Shown: positions 31,275-44,374, counted from the stretch's first letter. The stretch is 64,000 nucleotides of DNA from an uncultured Solirubrobacterales bacterium (GCA_963740845.1 CAVUFM010000018.1:345056-409055); one strand, 5' to 3'. Numbers and translations: made by a program. Notes: generated by a model from the letters alone, not told the origin.

Positions 31275-32780
31275 TCACCTCCGGCGTCGGGTGCGGCGGG
31301 AGTCGGCGTGGCGGTTCCGCCGCCGCTCGACCGCCTTGCCCTCTCCCCCATGCGCGCCCTCGCCCGTGACGAGCCCGCGGATCTGCTCGGCCGCCGTGCC
31401 GGCCGCGGCGATGCCGCCGGTGACGGCCTTCGTCAGCCCCTCCGGCCCGTCGAGGACCACGAGGTTGTCGACGCTGGCCAGCGGCCCCGCGACCGCAGCG
31501 GCGATCTCGGGCATCAGGTCGGTGATCGTCTGCTGGATCACGAGCTCACCGTTCACCCCGAGCGCCTCGCCCTTCTTCTGGATGGCGGTCGCCTCGGCGA
31601 CGCCGCGGAGCTCGACCGCGTTCGCCTCGGCCTCGCCCTGCGCTTTCACCGCGGCGGCTCGCGCCTCGCCGATCTGACGCTCACGCGCCGCCTCGGCCTC
31701 GACGGCCGCAAGCTCACTCGCCTTGTTGGCCTGGGCCTCCTCCTCGACCCGGAAGCGGTCGGCGGAGGCGCGCTCGCGGACCTCAGCGTCGTAGCGCTTG
31801 GCGGCGAGGGCGACCTGGCTCTCGGCGACCTTCGTCTGCTCGGCGACGACCGCGGACTCAGCCTCGGCCCGCGCGAGCGGACCTGACTGGGCGGCGGTCT
31901 CCCGCGCCCGGTCCTGCTCGGCCTGGTACTCGGCGGCCCTGACCTCGGTGTCCCTGCGGACCCTGGCGATCTCGACGTCCGCCGCCTGCTTGGCCTCCTC
32001 CATCGCCTGCCGCGCCTGATCGGCGGCGATCGAGGCCTGCCGAGCGACCGTCTCCGCCTGCGGGCGGCCCAGGTTCTCGATGTAGCCCTGGTTGTCGGCG
32101 ACCTCCTGGATGGTCAGCGAGTCGATCTTCAGTCCGAGGACCGCCATGTCCTGGGCCGTCGCCTCGCGGACCCGGTCCATCAGCGTCTGCCGGTCGGTGA
32201 TGAGCTGCTCGACGCTCATCGCGCCGACCAGAGCGCGCACCTGTCCCGTGATCAGCTGCTCGATGTAGGTGTTCATCGACTTGTCGTCGACGTCGAGGAA
32301 CCGGCGGGCGGCGCGGGCGATCGCGTCGTAGTTGTCGGCGACCTTGTAGAGGAGGACACCGCGAACGGCGACCGCGACCTTGTCGCGATCGTGGCCGTCG
32401 GCCGTGAAGGTGGTCGATCGCGAGTTGAGCCCGAGCGGGAACGTCCTGCTCGTCAGTGGGTTGACCCAGGTCGCGCTCGTGGCGATCCGGAAATCCAGGC
32501 CCTCGAGGCGGTCCTCCTCGATCGCCTCTGCGGCGGTCTGGTCGCTGCCGTCGATCCGATCCTGTGCGACGACCGCGCCGGCGTTGCTTCCCCGCGACTT
32601 GCCGACGATGATCAGCGCCTGGTTCGGCGGCGGGATCCTCCACGCCCGCCGGTAGGCGATGAACATGACCAGCGCGAAGAACGCGCCGATGCCGAAGATG
32701 ACTGGGATCAGAAGAAGGAACTTCAAGGGTGACTCCCCGCGGGTCGCTCGTTTCGAAGACGCCGTTCGGCGTCCGGGCAA
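31275..32780 (-). CDS. SPFH/band-7 flotillin-like protein (YqiK/FloA family)
   Basis: N-terminal TM (KFLLLIPVIFGIGAFFALVMFIAY), SPFH core, long Ala/Glu/Arg coiled-coil (AEYQAEQDRARETAAQ...AEAARERQIGEARAAAVKAQGEAEANAVELRG). The ORF start is only 10 bp below the gcvPB stop. Confidence 0.85.
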   Translation of the reverse strand: MPGRRTASSKRATRGESPLKFLLLIPVIFGIGAFFALVMFIAYRRAWRIPPPNQALIIVGKSRGSNAGAVVAQDRIDGSDQTAAEAIEEDRLEGLDFRIATSATWVNPLTSRTFPLGLNSRSTTFTADGHDRDKVAVAVRGVLLYKVADNYDAIARAARRFLDVDDKSMNTYIEQLITGQVRALVGAMSVEQLITDRQTLMDRVREATAQDMAVLGLKIDSLTIQEVADNQGYIENLGRPQAETVARQASIAADQARQAMEEAKQAADVEIARVRRDTEVRAAEYQAEQDRARETAAQSGPLARAEAESAVVAEQTKVAESQVALAAKRYDAEVRERASADRFRVEEEAQANKASELAAVEAEAARERQIGEARAAAVKAQGEAEANAVELRGVAEATAIQKKGEALGVNGELVIQQTITDLMPEIAAAVAGPLASVDNLVVLDGPEGLTKAVTGGIAAAGTAAEQIRGLVTGEGAHGGEGKAVERRRNRHADSRRTRRRR

Positions 32781-32789
32781 CCTATTGGG

Positions 32790-34298
32790 TCAGCCGAGGG
32801 GCTGGCGCAGAACGGGGTTACGGGTAGCCGCGACCTCGTCGAGGCGGCGCACCGGCGTCGTGTAGGGAGCCTGGCGGGCGATCTCGGGGTCCTCCTCGGC
32901 CTCGGCGAGGATCGACTCGAAGGCGTCGGCGAGCCGGTCGAGCGACTCCTTGGCCTCGGTCTCGGTCGGCTCCACCATCAGCGCCTCGTCGACGAGCAGC
33001 GGGAAGTAGACCGTCGGCGGGTGCATGCCGTGGTCGAGCAGCCGCTTGGCGATGTCGAGCGTCTTCACGCCGAGCTCCTTCTTCGCGCCGCGGCCGGAGA
33101 GGACGAACTCGTGCATCGGGCGGCGCTCGAAGGCGAGCGGCAGGTACTTGCCGCAGCGCCCCTCGCGCATCCGCGCCAGCAGGTAGTTCGCGTTCAGCAC
33201 CGCGGTCTCGGACGCTTCGGCGAGGCCGTTCCCGCCGAGGCTGAGGATGTAGGCGTAGGAGCGGACGAAGACGCCGAAGTTCCCCTGGAACCCGCGCAGC
33301 CGGCCGATCGACTCCGGGTGGCCGTCCGCGCCGCGGAGCTCGAAGGACGGGCCGCCGCCGTTGCGAGCTCTCGACGCGCTCGATCCGCGGCACCGGCAGG
33401 AACGGTGCGATCCGCTCGGACACCGCGATCGGCCCGGAGCCGGGACCGCCGCCGCCGTGCGGCTGGCTGAAGGACTTGTGGAGGTTGACGTGGACGATGT
33501 CGAAGCCCATGTCGCCCGGCCGCGAGTGGCCCATGATCGCGTTCAGGTTCGCGCCGTCGTAGTAGAGCGTCCCGCCCGCCTCGCGGACGATCCCGGTGAT
33601 CTCGGCGATGTTCTCGTCGAAGAGCCCGAGCGTGTTCGGGTTCGTGAGCATCAGGCAGGCGACCGTGTCGTCGGCCTTCGAGCGCAGGTCGTCGAGGTCC
33701 ACCCCGCCCTCGTCGTTCGTCGCGACCTTCACGACCTCGTAGCCCGCCATCGTCACCGACGCCGGGTTGGTCCCGTGCGCGGTGTCGGGCGTGAGCACGC
33801 GCGTGCGCTGCTCCTCCTCGCCGTTGGCGGCGTGGAAGGCGCGGGTCAGCAGCAGGCCGGCGAGCTCGCCGTGGGAGCCGGCCGAGGGCTGGAGGCTGAC
33901 GTGCGGCAGGCCGCAGATCTCCTCGAGCGACCGCTCGAGCGACCACATCAGCTCGAGCGCTCCCTGCGCCCGCTTCGGGCTCTGCGCCGGATGGAGGCGG
34001 GCGTGGCCGGGAAGCGCCGCGACGCGCTCGTTGAGGCGCGGGTTGTGCTTCATCGTGCAGGAGCCGAGCGGGTAGATGCCCGAGTCGAGGTCGAAGTTGC
34101 GGCGCGAGATCCGGTTGTAGTGGCGGACGATCTCGGGCTCGGAGACCTCGGGGAGCCGCGCGGGCTCGGAGCGGAGGAGCGACGCGGGGATCAGCTCCTC
34201 GATCGGCGTCTCGTCCTCGGGGACGCCTGCGGCCGGGATCGCGGCGGCGCGGCGGCCGGGGACGGAGCGCTCGTAGATCGTCACCGCGCGGTCGCGCT

Positions 34299-34302
<4 letters not shown>
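32790..34302 (-). CDS. gcvPB: glycine dehydrogenase (decarboxylating) subunit 2, at least two frameshifts
   Basis: ...[29 protein letters not shown]... and ...[27 protein letters not shown]... in ORF 32818..34302. The C-terminus ...[35 protein letters not shown]... is in ORF 32790..33200. Confidence 0.85.
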
Positions 34303-35741
<1,439 letters not shown>

Positions 35742-35790
35742 CGGGGCGATGGTAGAGAGCCGCCCGGCTGGGCCGTCGGCTGACGCGTCG

Positions 35791-36177
35791 TCAGTCCGAG
35801 AGCTCGCGGTAGGCCGCAGCGTCCAGCAGAGCCTCGAGCTCGCTCGGGTCGGAGAGCTTGACCTTGACCATCCAGCCCTCGCCGTAGGAGTCCGTGTTGA
35901 TCAGCTCCGGATTGGAGCCGGCGGCCGCGTTGACCTCGAGGATCTCCCCGCTCAGCGGCGCGATCACGTCGGAGACCGCCTTGACCGACTCGACCTCCGC
36001 GTACGGCTCGTCCTTGGTCGTGGTCGAGCCCACCTCGGGCGGATCGAAGAAGACGACGTCGCCGAGCGAGTCCTGGGCGTACCAGGTGATCCCGAACACG
36101 GCCTCCTCCCCGTCGACCCTCGCCCAGTCGTGCTCGGGGTGGTAGCGCAGCTCCTCGGGGTAGCTCTCCTCGGCCAT
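35791..36177 (-). CDS. gcvH: glycine cleavage system H protein (lipoyl carrier)
   Basis: ...[24 protein letters not shown]... lipoyl-Lys motif; 128 aa; RBS GAAAGGA upstream. Confidence 0.95.
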   Translation of the reverse strand: MAEESYPEELRYHPEHDWARVDGEEAVFGITWYAQDSLGDVVFFDPPEVGSTTTKDEPYAEVESVKAVSDVIAPLSGEILEVNAAAGSNPELINTDSYGEGWMVKVKLSDPSELEALLDAAAYRELSD

Positions 36178-36180
36178 TGG

Positions 36181-37298
36181 GCGATCGGTCCTTTCTCAGC
36201 TCTTCTGGTCGGGTCGTACAGGGGCTTGCTTCTGATCTCGGCGTCGCGCACTCTGCCGCGGACATCGATCTCGATCTCCTTGCCGGGCTCGGCGAGCTCA
36301 GCGCGAACGTATCCCATCCCGATCCCGATGCCGAGCGTCGGGGAGAAGGTGCCGCTCGTCACGGTGCCCGCGGGCTCGCCGCCGGAGAGGATCCCGTTGC
36401 CGGCGCGGGCGATCCCGCGACCCTCGATGACGAAGGCGACGAGCTTCTCGGCGGTGCCGTCGGCACGGGCCTTCGCAACCGCCTCGGAGCCGGCGAACCC
36501 CGTCTCCTCCTTGCAGCACCAGCCGAGTCCGGCCTCGATCGGGTTGCGGTCGGGGCCCATGTCGTTGCCGTGGAGGTGGAAGCACACCTCGAGCCGGAGC
36601 GTGTCGCGCGCGCCGAGGCCGCATGGGGTGACGCCGGCGCCGAGAAGGGCCCGCCAGACCTCCGGGGCCCGGTCGGCGGCGAAGATGATCTCGACGCCGT
36701 CCTCGCCGGTGTAGCCCGTCCCGCAGACGAGGCTGTGAACTCCGGCGACCTCGAGTTGCGCGGTGTGCATCCGCGGCGGCAGCTCGGCGGAGGCGAGCGA
36801 GGCGACGGCGGCGCGAGCCTCCGGCCCCTGGACCGCGAGCATCCCGTGCGTCGGTGCGAGGTCCTCGATCTCGACGTCGAAGCCCGCCGCGAGCTCACGG
36901 AAGCGGGCGAGATCGGCCTCGTGGTTGGCGGCGTTGGAGACCGTGAAGTAGGAGCCGTCCTCGAGCAGGTAGGTGAAGAGGTCGTCGAGGACGCCGCCGT
37001 CGTCGGCGCAGAGGCAGGAGTACTGGGCGCCCCCGGCTCCCAGCTTGGCGACGTCGTTGGAGACCGCGCGCTGGAGGAAGGCGAGCGCGTCGGGGCCGGA
37101 GGTCTTGATCTCGCCCATGTGGGAGACGTCGAACATGCCGGCGCGCTCGCGCACGGCCTGGTGCTCGGCGGCGACGCCCTCGTACTGGACGGGCATCTCC
37201 CAGCCGGCGAAGGGGACCAGCTTGGCGCCGGCCGCGACGTGCTCGTCGAACAGCGTCGTGCGCCGCAGGTCAGTCCTGTCAGCTGTCTCGGCCTCCAC
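36181..37298 (-). CDS. gcvT: aminomethyltransferase (glycine cleavage T protein); GTG start; a C-terminal frameshift is likely
   Basis: VEAETADRTDLRRTTLFDEHVAAGAKLVPFAGWEMPVQYEGVAAEHQAVRERAGMFDVSHMGEI... By hand the start codon is GTG at 37296-37298. Confidence 0.9.
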
Positions 37299-37334
37299 CC
37301 GGAGGAGGCTAGTGGCTCATCTAGGCTCAACGGC

Positions 37335-38408
37335 ATGCGGTTGGTCCACGAGAGCGCCGAGCCCGTCGGGGCGGCCCTGGGAGCGCCCTGGGCCCGACCG
37401 CTCGCGGGGACGCTCGACCGGCTCGTGGTGGAGTCCGACCTGCTCGCCGGCAACCCGCTCGGCGACTCCGCCCGCCGCCCGCTCTGGGTCCTGCGTCCGC
37501 CCGGGGTCGATCTCGATCACCCGCGCCCCCTGCCGGTCATCTACGTGATCCAGGGCTTCACGGGCCAGCTCGACTCCTGGGGGAACCGCAGCTTCTTCGA
37601 GCCCACCTACATCGAGCGGATGGACGCGATGCTCGCCTCCGAGGAGTGCCCCGACGCCCTCGTGGTGATGGTCGACTGCTGGACCGCCTACGGCGGCTCC
37701 CAGTTCCTCGACAGCATCGGCACCGGGATGTACCAGTCCTATCTCTGCGACGAGATCGTTCCGTTCGTCGACGAGCGCTACCCGACGATCGCGAGCCGCG
37801 ACGGGCGCGGGCTCGCGGGGAAGTCGTCCGGCGGCTACGGCGCGATGGTCGTGCCGATGATGCGCCCCGACGTCTTCTCGGCGCTGGCCTCCCACGCCGG
37901 CGACGCGCTGTTCGAGCTGACCCTGCCGCCGGGCATGGCGCAGGCCACCCGGGTGCTCCGCGACAACTTCGACTCCTCCTGGGACGTCTTCTTCGAGGCC
38001 CTGAACGCGGGCCCGGACCCGTTCGACTTCGGCCGCTTCGGCGTCCCACTGGAGATGTACGCCTACGGGGCCGCCTACTCCCCCGACCCCGAACGTCCGG
38101 GGCGGGCGCTGCTGCCGTTCCGGCCGGACGGCGGGCTCGTTCCCGAGGTCTGGGAGGTCTGGCTCGCTCACGATCCGGTGCGGATGGCCGCCGAGCACGC
38201 CGACGCCCTGAGGTCGATGCGGCGGATCTACCTGGACGCGGGACGCAGCGACGAGTACTTCCTGGACCTGGGAGCCCAGGCGTTCTCCCGCGAGCTGGCG
38301 CAGCTCGGGGTTGACCACACGCTGGAGCTGTTCGAGGGTCGCCACGGCGGGATCACCTGGCGCTACCCGTTGGCCGTGAAGGAGCTGGCGGTTGCGCTGA
38401 GCGCGTAG
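37335..38408 (+). CDS. putative esterase (alpha/beta hydrolase, esterase D / enterochelin-esterase-like fold)
   Basis: ...PVIYVIQGFTGQLDSWGNRSFF...GRGLAGKSSGGYGAMVV... (GxSxG). ATG at 37335; the GGAGGAGG upstream is 26 nt away. Confidence 0.8.
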   Translation: MRLVHESAEPVGAALGAPWARPLAGTLDRLVVESDLLAGNPLGDSARRPLWVLRPPGVDLDHPRPLPVIYVIQGFTGQLDSWGNRSFFEPTYIERMDAMLASEECPDALVVMVDCWTAYGGSQFLDSIGTGMYQSYLCDEIVPFVDERYPTIASRDGRGLAGKSSGGYGAMVVPMMRPDVFSALASHAGDALFELTLPPGMAQATRVLRDNFDSSWDVFFEALNAGPDPFDFGRFGVPLEMYAYGAAYSPDPERPGRALLPFRPDGGLVPEVWEVWLAHDPVRMAAEHADALRSMRRIYLDAGRSDEYFLDLGAQAFSRELAQLGVDHTLELFEGRHGGITWRYPLAVKELAVALSA

Positions 38409-38529
38409 GGAGGCGAGCGAGAGGCGTTCGTGCCCCTTGCTGCCTGCGGTTGTGCGGGGCTTACGCTCGGCCGGGGGTGTGGTGCGGCCGGTTGGGGCTG
38501 GGGAAAGGGGAGGTGGGACCCGCGGTAGT

Positions 38530-38710
38530 GGTCAGTTGGCGGAATTGCTGCCGCATGCGGTTGTGATTCCGCCCGGTGGCCTCAGGCGCAGGCAGTTGGC
38601 GTGAATTGCTGCCGGCATACGGAGGGATTCCGCCCGGTGGAGCCGACGGCCGACCCGGACCTCTTCACCAATCGCAATCGGTGGTCTATAGACCCCTCTA
38701 TTGCGAGCGG
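38530..38710. repeat. intergenic repeat cluster: two about 30-bp imperfect palindromic units 62 bp apart plus the hairpin module CTCGCAAT..ATTGCGAG
   Basis: 38541..38570 ggaattgctgccgcatgcggttgtgattcc; 38603..38632 tgaattgctgccggcatacggagggattcc, each followed by gcccggtgg. 38672..38707 tcgcaatcggtggtctatagacccctctattgcgag. It sits in the 450-bp convergent spacer between the esterase gene and ftsZ. Confidence 0.6.
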
Positions 38711-38858
38711 TGGGCCTGGGTCGAACCGCCGCGACCTGCCGCAGCGGCGGCGGGTGCCGGGGGTGCCGACCGGCCGCCCTCCCAATGCGAGCGGCAGCGA
38801 GCGAGCGCTAAGGCCGGGCGGCACCCCCGGTGCCCGGCGCCGCGTGAGGGTCCGGCCG

Positions 38859-39941
38859 CTAGTCCCTGAGGAAGGGCGGGATGTCGATCTCGTCGTCGCT
38901 CACCTCGAGCTGCCGGATCTCCCGGTCGCTCGGCGGCTTGACGCCGCGACGGCGGCTGCGGCGGCGGATGGCCTCGGGGCGGCGGGCGAGGAGCTCGAAG
39001 CCCTCGAAGCCGGTGGCGATGGCGGTGACGCGGAGTGCGTCGCCCATCGTGTTGTCGACGACCGCGCCGAAGATGATGTTGGCGCCCTTGTCGGCTGTGG
39101 AGGCCACGACCTCGGCGGCCTCGTTGACCTCGAAGAGGCCCATGTCCTCGCCACCGGTGATGTTGAGGAGCATGCCGGTCGCGCCGTCGATGGCGGACTC
39201 GAGGAGCGGCGAGGAGATGGCCTCGCGGGCGGCGTCCCCCGCGCGGCTCTCGCCGGCGGCGGTGCCGATGCCCATGAGGGCGGAGCCGGCGTCGGACATG
39301 ATCGCCCGGACGTCGGCGAAGTCGAGGTTGATCAGGCCGGGGACGGTGATCAGGTCGGTGATGCCCTGGACGCCCTGGCGAAGGATGTCGTCGGCCTTGC
39401 GGAAGGCCTCGCTGATCGGCTCGCGGCGCTCGACGATGTTGAGCAGCTTCTCGTTGGGAACGATGATCAGCGTGTCGACCTCGGCGCGGAGCTTCTCGAT
39501 GCCGTCGAGGGCCTGCTGCATCCGGCGGCTGCCCTCGAACTCGAAGGGCTTGGTGACGACGCCGACGGTGAGGGCGCCGATCTCCTGCTTGGCGATCTCG
39601 GCGATCACGGGGGCGGAACCGGTACCGGTGCCGCCGCCCTCGCCGGCGGTGACGAAGACCATGTCGGCCCCCTTCAGGGCCTCCTTGATGTCATCGCGGC
39701 TCTCGGCCGCGGCTCCCGCTCCGACCTCGGGCTGACCGCCGGCACCGAGGCCGCGGGTCAGCTCCTGACCGATTGCGAGCTTGACGTCGGCATCGCTTGC
39801 CCGGAGCGCCTGCGCGTCCGTGTTGACGGCGATGAACTCGACCCCTTTGAGACCGGCATCGACCATGCGGGAGACCGCGTTGGTGCCGCCGCCGCCAGCG
39901 CCGACGACCTTGATCACCGCGAGGTAACTGGAAGCCTCCAT
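38859..39941 (-). CDS. ftsZ: cell division GTPase FtsZ
   Basis: [23 protein letters not shown]...[17 protein letters not shown]... tubulin signature; last gene of the dcw cluster; no ftsA upstream. Confidence 0.95.
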   Translation of the reverse strand: MEASSYLAVIKVVGAGGGGTNAVSRMVDAGLKGVEFIAVNTDAQALRASDADVKLAIGQELTRGLGAGGQPEVGAGAAAESRDDIKEALKGADMVFVTAGEGGGTGTGSAPVIAEIAKQEIGALTVGVVTKPFEFEGSRRMQQALDGIEKLRAEVDTLIIVPNEKLLNIVERREPISEAFRKADDILRQGVQGITDLITVPGLINLDFADVRAIMSDAGSALMGIGTAAGESRAGDAAREAISSPLLESAIDGATGMLLNITGGEDMGLFEVNEAAEVVASTADKGANIIFGAVVDNTMGDALRVTAIATGFEGFELLARRPEAIRRRSRRRGVKPPSDREIRQLEVSDDEIDIPPFLRD

Positions 39942-40154
39942 GTGAGCTTCACTTGCCTTTCTAGTTCCGTCCGGGGGTTGAGTGATAGTTGAGAGTTTGC
40001 AGGAGAACTCCTGCCAAACCGCAGGAAACGTAAGGGAACCCCTGATGGGTGTCAACGCAGGGTAGAGGTCGCTGCAAGATCGCTGTCTCAAGGAGGGCTT
40101 GAGACTTCACTCGGGTTGAAGGCCGGATCGAGGGTTGGTCAGGACGCTCGGCTC

Positions 40155-40859
40155 CTACCCGGCGACCGGTCGGGAGGGCACCGACACGTCGAGGTAGTTG
40201 GCGCTGGTGAAGCTCGACTCGGCCAGCACCGCGGCCACCGCCATCCACTTCGTCTCGGACCGGGTCGCGTCCCCGAAGCGGATCTCGACGCCCCCGTTGA
40301 GCGTCACGATCGGGCCCAGCTCCTTGTCGATGGCAACCGACTCGACCTGGGGGGCGAGCACCGGGGGCAGGCCCGCGAGGACCTGCGCTCCGGCGAGGGC
40401 GTCGCCCTCGACCCGGTCGCCGATGCCTCCCGCCTCCGCGTCGATCACCGGCAGACCTTCGGGCGCATCGACGCCCGACTGCAGCACGGTGCCGTCGCCG
40501 GCGACGATGGATCCGCCGTCCCCGTCGAGGTAGCCGGCGGGCGCTCGCAGGTCGACCTCGATGGTCAGGCCATGGGGGAAGTCCGCCTGGGCGGTGAGGC
40601 CGGCGACCGAGGGTTCGTCGGCGACGGCGGCGCGGAGCGCGTCCACGTCGAGATTCAGCGTGCTCTGCTCCTCGCCGGCCGCCTGGAGCGCGGCGGCGAC
40701 CGCGGCGTCGTTCTCGGCACCGACCACCTCGACGTCGCTGACCCCGACGAGCGAGGAGTCGCGGAACCAGAACATGTAGAAGGCCACGAGAAGCGCGAGG
40801 AGGATCGCCGCGAAGATCAGGCGGCGGCGGACGACGTGCCAGCGCGGGGCGCTCGGCAT
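40155..40859 (-). CDS. ftsQ: cell division protein FtsQ/DivIB (POTRA domain)
   Basis: Single TM (LIFAAILLALLVAFYMFWF) followed by a POTRA-like region; position between murB and ftsZ. Confidence 0.8.
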   Translation of the reverse strand: MPSAPRWHVVRRRLIFAAILLALLVAFYMFWFRDSSLVGVSDVEVVGAENDAAVAAALQAAGEEQSTLNLDVDALRAAVADEPSVAGLTAQADFPHGLTIEVDLRAPAGYLDGDGGSIVAGDGTVLQSGVDAPEGLPVIDAEAGGIGDRVEGDALAGAQVLAGLPPVLAPQVESVAIDKELGPIVTLNGGVEIRFGDATRSETKWMAVAAVLAESSFTSANYLDVSVPSRPVAG

Positions 40860-41834
40860 GCTGATCGCCGGGAAGCCGCGAGAGGACGCGGCCGCTCACG
40901 CGGGCGAGCTCCCAGCCGGCCGGCCACTCGACGTCGCCGAGCACCTGGACCTCGGGCTCGAGGACGACGCCGCAGAGATCGAAGACGCGCCGGCGACCCT
41001 GAGCCATGAGCTCGAGGATGTCGGCGGTGGTCGCCTCCCCCATGTTCTCGACGAAGTTCGCGTGCTTCTCGGAGAACCGCGCGCCGCCGACCCGCAGACC
41101 GCGGCAGCCGGCGGCATCGAGCAGCATCCCGGCGGAGCGGCCTTCCGCGCGCGGGTCGTCGGGGTTCTTGAAGGTCGACCCGAAGGTCTTGATGCCGGAG
41201 GGCTGCGCCTCCTTGCGGCGCGTCCTCATCCCGGCGAGCGTCGCCTTGACCGTCGTCCGGCTCGGCGGGCGTGAGCTCGAAGGACGCCGCGGCGACGACC
41301 TCCCCCTCCCCGAGGTTCGAGCGCCGGTAGGTGAAGTCGAGGTCGGCGGGGACGCGGCGATCGGCGCCCTCGGCGGTGCAGACGTCGATCCACTCGAGCG
41401 TTCGCGCGAGCTCGCCGCCGTAGGCGTTCGCGTTCATCCGCACGGCGCCGCCGACGCTGCCGGGGATGTTCACCCCGAACTCGAGGCCGGAGAGGCCCCA
41501 GCCGGCCGACTTGGCGGCGGCCGAGGGCAGGCGGGCGCCGCCACCGCAGCGCACGCGGTCGCCATGGCGTTCGATCTGCGCAAGTTCACGGTCCAGCTTC
41601 AGCACGAGTCCTCGAAATCCGTCGTCCGATACGAGGAGATTCGATCCCGAGCCCACCACTCCTACCGCGGCTCCCAGATCCGCTGCGAAGCCGAGCAGCT
41701 CGAGGAGCTGCTCCTGGGAGCCCGCGCGGGCGAACATGTCGGCGTGTGCCGCCGGCCCGGACCGTCGTCAGCCGCGCCAGCGGGAAGTCGCGCTCGAGGC
41801 CCTCGGGGTCGCTCGACCTCTCCACCGTGCGCAC
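40856..41834 (-). CDS. murB: UDP-N-acetylenolpyruvoylglucosamine reductase, frame-split
   Basis: N-terminus MRTVERSSDPEGLERDFPLARLTTVRAGG (ORF 41586..41834); FAD-binding and core in ORF 40817..41737 (...VGSGSNLLVSDDGFRGLVL...NAYGGEL...); C-terminal KTFGSTFKNP... in ORF 39961..41229. Confidence 0.75.
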
Positions 41835-41859
41835 AGCCTCGGCGGTGATCGCGACTCCG

Positions 41860-43285
41860 GCTGACTAACCGGTCGGCGACCCGGAAGACGTCGCCGGCGC
41901 CGATCGTCACCAGGATGTCGCCGGCGCGGAGGTCCTCTCCGGCCAGTGCCTCGGTCGCGGCGTCGAGCCCGCCGAGCCAGCGGACGCGCTTGCCGGGAGC
42001 TGCGTCGGCGGCCGCCTCGGCGACCAGCAATCCGCTCACGCCCTCGAGTCGGCTCCTCGCGGGCGGCGTAGATGTCGAGCACCGCGACCTCGTCGGCGAG
42101 TGCCAGCGCTCGGCCGAACCGGCCCGCCAGCGCCTTCGTCCGCGAGTAGAGGTGCGGCTGGAAGACGGCGATCAGGCGCCCGCCCCGTGGCCTGGGCAGC
42201 TCGCGCAGCGCCCGCAGCGAGGCCTCCACCTCGGTCGGGTGATGGGCGTAGTCGTCGTAGATCAGCGCGCCGTTCCGCTCGCCCTTGCGCTCCAGCCGCC
42301 GGGCCATCCCGGGGAAGCTGGCCAGCGCCTCGATCAGCGCCTCGATCGCCGGCAGGTCCGGGTCGAGCTCACGCGCGGCGATCAGCGCGCCGAGCGCGCA
42401 GGTCGCATCGACGACGTTGTGCAGGCCGGGAACCCCGAGGCGGACGCGCCGCTCGCCGATCGCCTCCGAGATCAGCGTGAAGGTGGCGCCGCCCTCGGCG
42501 GGCTCGATGTCGGTCGCCAGCAGGCTCGCCGCGAGCGGTGGCGGGGAGCCGGGCTCGGTCACCGAGAAGGTCGAGATCACCCCGGCGCCGTCGAGCGCCG
42601 CGAGATCGGTGCCGGCGGGCCGGACCACGGCCGCCGCGCCGGCCGGTGAACCCGGCGAACGCCGCGAGCGAGCTCGCGCTCCCCTCCCCAGTGGGAGTGA
42701 TGGTCGAGCTCGACGTTGGTCACCGCCGCAACCTCCGGGTCGAGCCGGAGGAAGCTGCCGTCGCTCTCGTCGGCCTCGGCGACGACCCAGCCTCCGCCGC
42801 CCCAGGCCGCGTTGGCCGGCGCGCCCTCCGGGCCCGCCTCCCGGCAGCTCGCCGCCGAGCAGGAAGGCGGGATCGGCGCCCGCGGCCGCGAGGCAGTGGG
42901 CGAGCATCCCCGAAGTCGTCGTCTTGCCGTGGGCGCCGGCGACCGCGATCAGGCGCTTCGTCGCGCACAGCTCGGCCAGGAGCTCGCTCCGGTGGAGCTC
43001 GCGCTGACCGCGCTCGCGGGCGCGGACGAGCTCGGGGTTGTCGTCGGGGATCGCCGTGGAGACGACCACGTCGGCGCCCGCGGGCACGAGGTCGGCGTCG
43101 TGGCCGATTCGCGGCTCGATCCCCGCCGCGCGCAGCCGCTCGAGGTAGGCGGATTCGGAGCGGTCGGAGCCCGTGACCTCAGCTCCGAGCGCGTGGCAGG
43201 CGAGCGCGAGCGCGCTCATCCCGGCACCGCCGATCGCGATGAAGTGGAGCTCGCGCCCGGCGAAATCGGCCTCGGTCGGGCTCAT
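41860..43285 (-). CDS. murC: UDP-N-acetylmuramate--L-alanine ligase, frame-split; 3' boundary approximate
   Basis: [27 protein letters not shown]...[19 protein letters not shown]... inside ORF 41768..44371; C-terminal ...[20 protein letters not shown] in ORF 41662..42039. The ATG at 43285 overlaps the murG stop (ATGA). Confidence 0.8.
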
Positions 43286-44371
43286 CCTTCGATCGCCCCC
43301 ATGATCTGATCGGCGATCCGCTCGGCCGCGTCGGGCTTGGCGAGGGAGCGGGACGCGACCGCCATCCGCTCGAGCTCGCTCGGGTCGCCGAGCAGCTCCG
43401 TCAGCTCGGCGGCGAGCCGCTCCGGCGTCAGGTCGGCGTCCTCGATGACGCGAGCGGCGCCCGCGCGCTCCATCCACCGCGCGTTGGCGTGCTGGTGCAT
43501 GGCCGAGGCGTAGGGATAGGGAACGAGGACGGCCGGCTTGCCCGCGGCGGTGAGCTCGAAGACCGAGCCGCCCGAGCGCGCCAGGACCAGATCGACCGCG
43601 GCGAGGGCGTCGCCGAGGTCGGGCTCGTACTCGAGGAGCGTGTAGCGCTCGACGCCCTCCAGCTTCCCGGCGAGCTCCGCGTAGTCGCGCGAGCCGGCGA
43701 TGTGGAGCACGTGGAACGAGCGGTCGGCCGCCGCGCCTCCCGCGCCGAAGGCCTCCGCGGCTGCGGTGTTGATCGTCAGCGCGCCGAGGCTGCCGCCGAA
43801 GATCAGGACGGCGGGGTCGTCGGGGCCGATGCCGAACCGCTCGCGCGCGGCCTCGCGGTCCGCCTCGAGGATCGCCGCGGGCACCGGTCTCCCGGTCACG
43901 AGATAGCGGTCGCCCTCGCGGCCCTCGATCGGGAAGGCGAGGCAGACGCGCCGGGCGCGCGGTGCGAGCAGGCGGTTGGCGAGGCCGAGGTGGCTGTCGG
44001 CCTCGGTCAGCACGATCGGCAGCCCGCGGGAGATCGCGGCCGCCCCGACCGGCGCGGCGACGTAGCCGCCGCCACCCATCACGGCGTCGGCCCCGCGATC
44101 CCGGAGGAGCTTGCGCGCCACCCGCACGGCCCCGACTGCCCTGGCGACCGCGCCGGCGGCACGAATCGGGTTCTTGCGGTCGATGCCCGCGGACGTTGAG
44201 GAAGTCGATCTCGTAGCCGGCCTCGGGCACGAGCTTCGCCTCGGCGCGCTCGCGCGTCCCGGCGAAGGAGACCTCGGCGCCGCGCTCAGTGAGCGCGTCG
44301 GCGACGGCCAGCGCTGGAACCACGTGCCCGGCTGTCCCGCCGGCTGCGATCACCACTCGCGGCACGGGCAC
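43282..44371 (-). CDS. murG: UDP-GlcNAc:undecaprenyl-PP-MurNAc-pentapeptide GlcNAc transferase, frameshifted near 44130-44200
   Basis: N-terminus MPVPRVVIAAGGTAGHVVPALAVADAL (ORF 41768..44371); the rest is in ORF 43282..44127 (...GGGYVAAPVGAAAI...LVTGRPV...). Confidence 0.85.
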
Positions 44372-44374
44372 CTC

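Noticed and set aside
37250-37600. Glycine riboswitch upstream of gcvT
   Set aside because: Only about 37 bp separate the gcvT GTG start (37298) from the divergent esterase start (37335), and no riboswitch-like conserved core was evident by eye; not verifiable without Rfam.
38410-38860. tRNA or CRISPR array in the large intergenic regions
   Set aside because: No GTTCGAATC-type T-arm or cloverleaf was seen. The repeats are two palindromic units, not regularly spaced identical direct repeats with unique spacers, and no cas genes are present.
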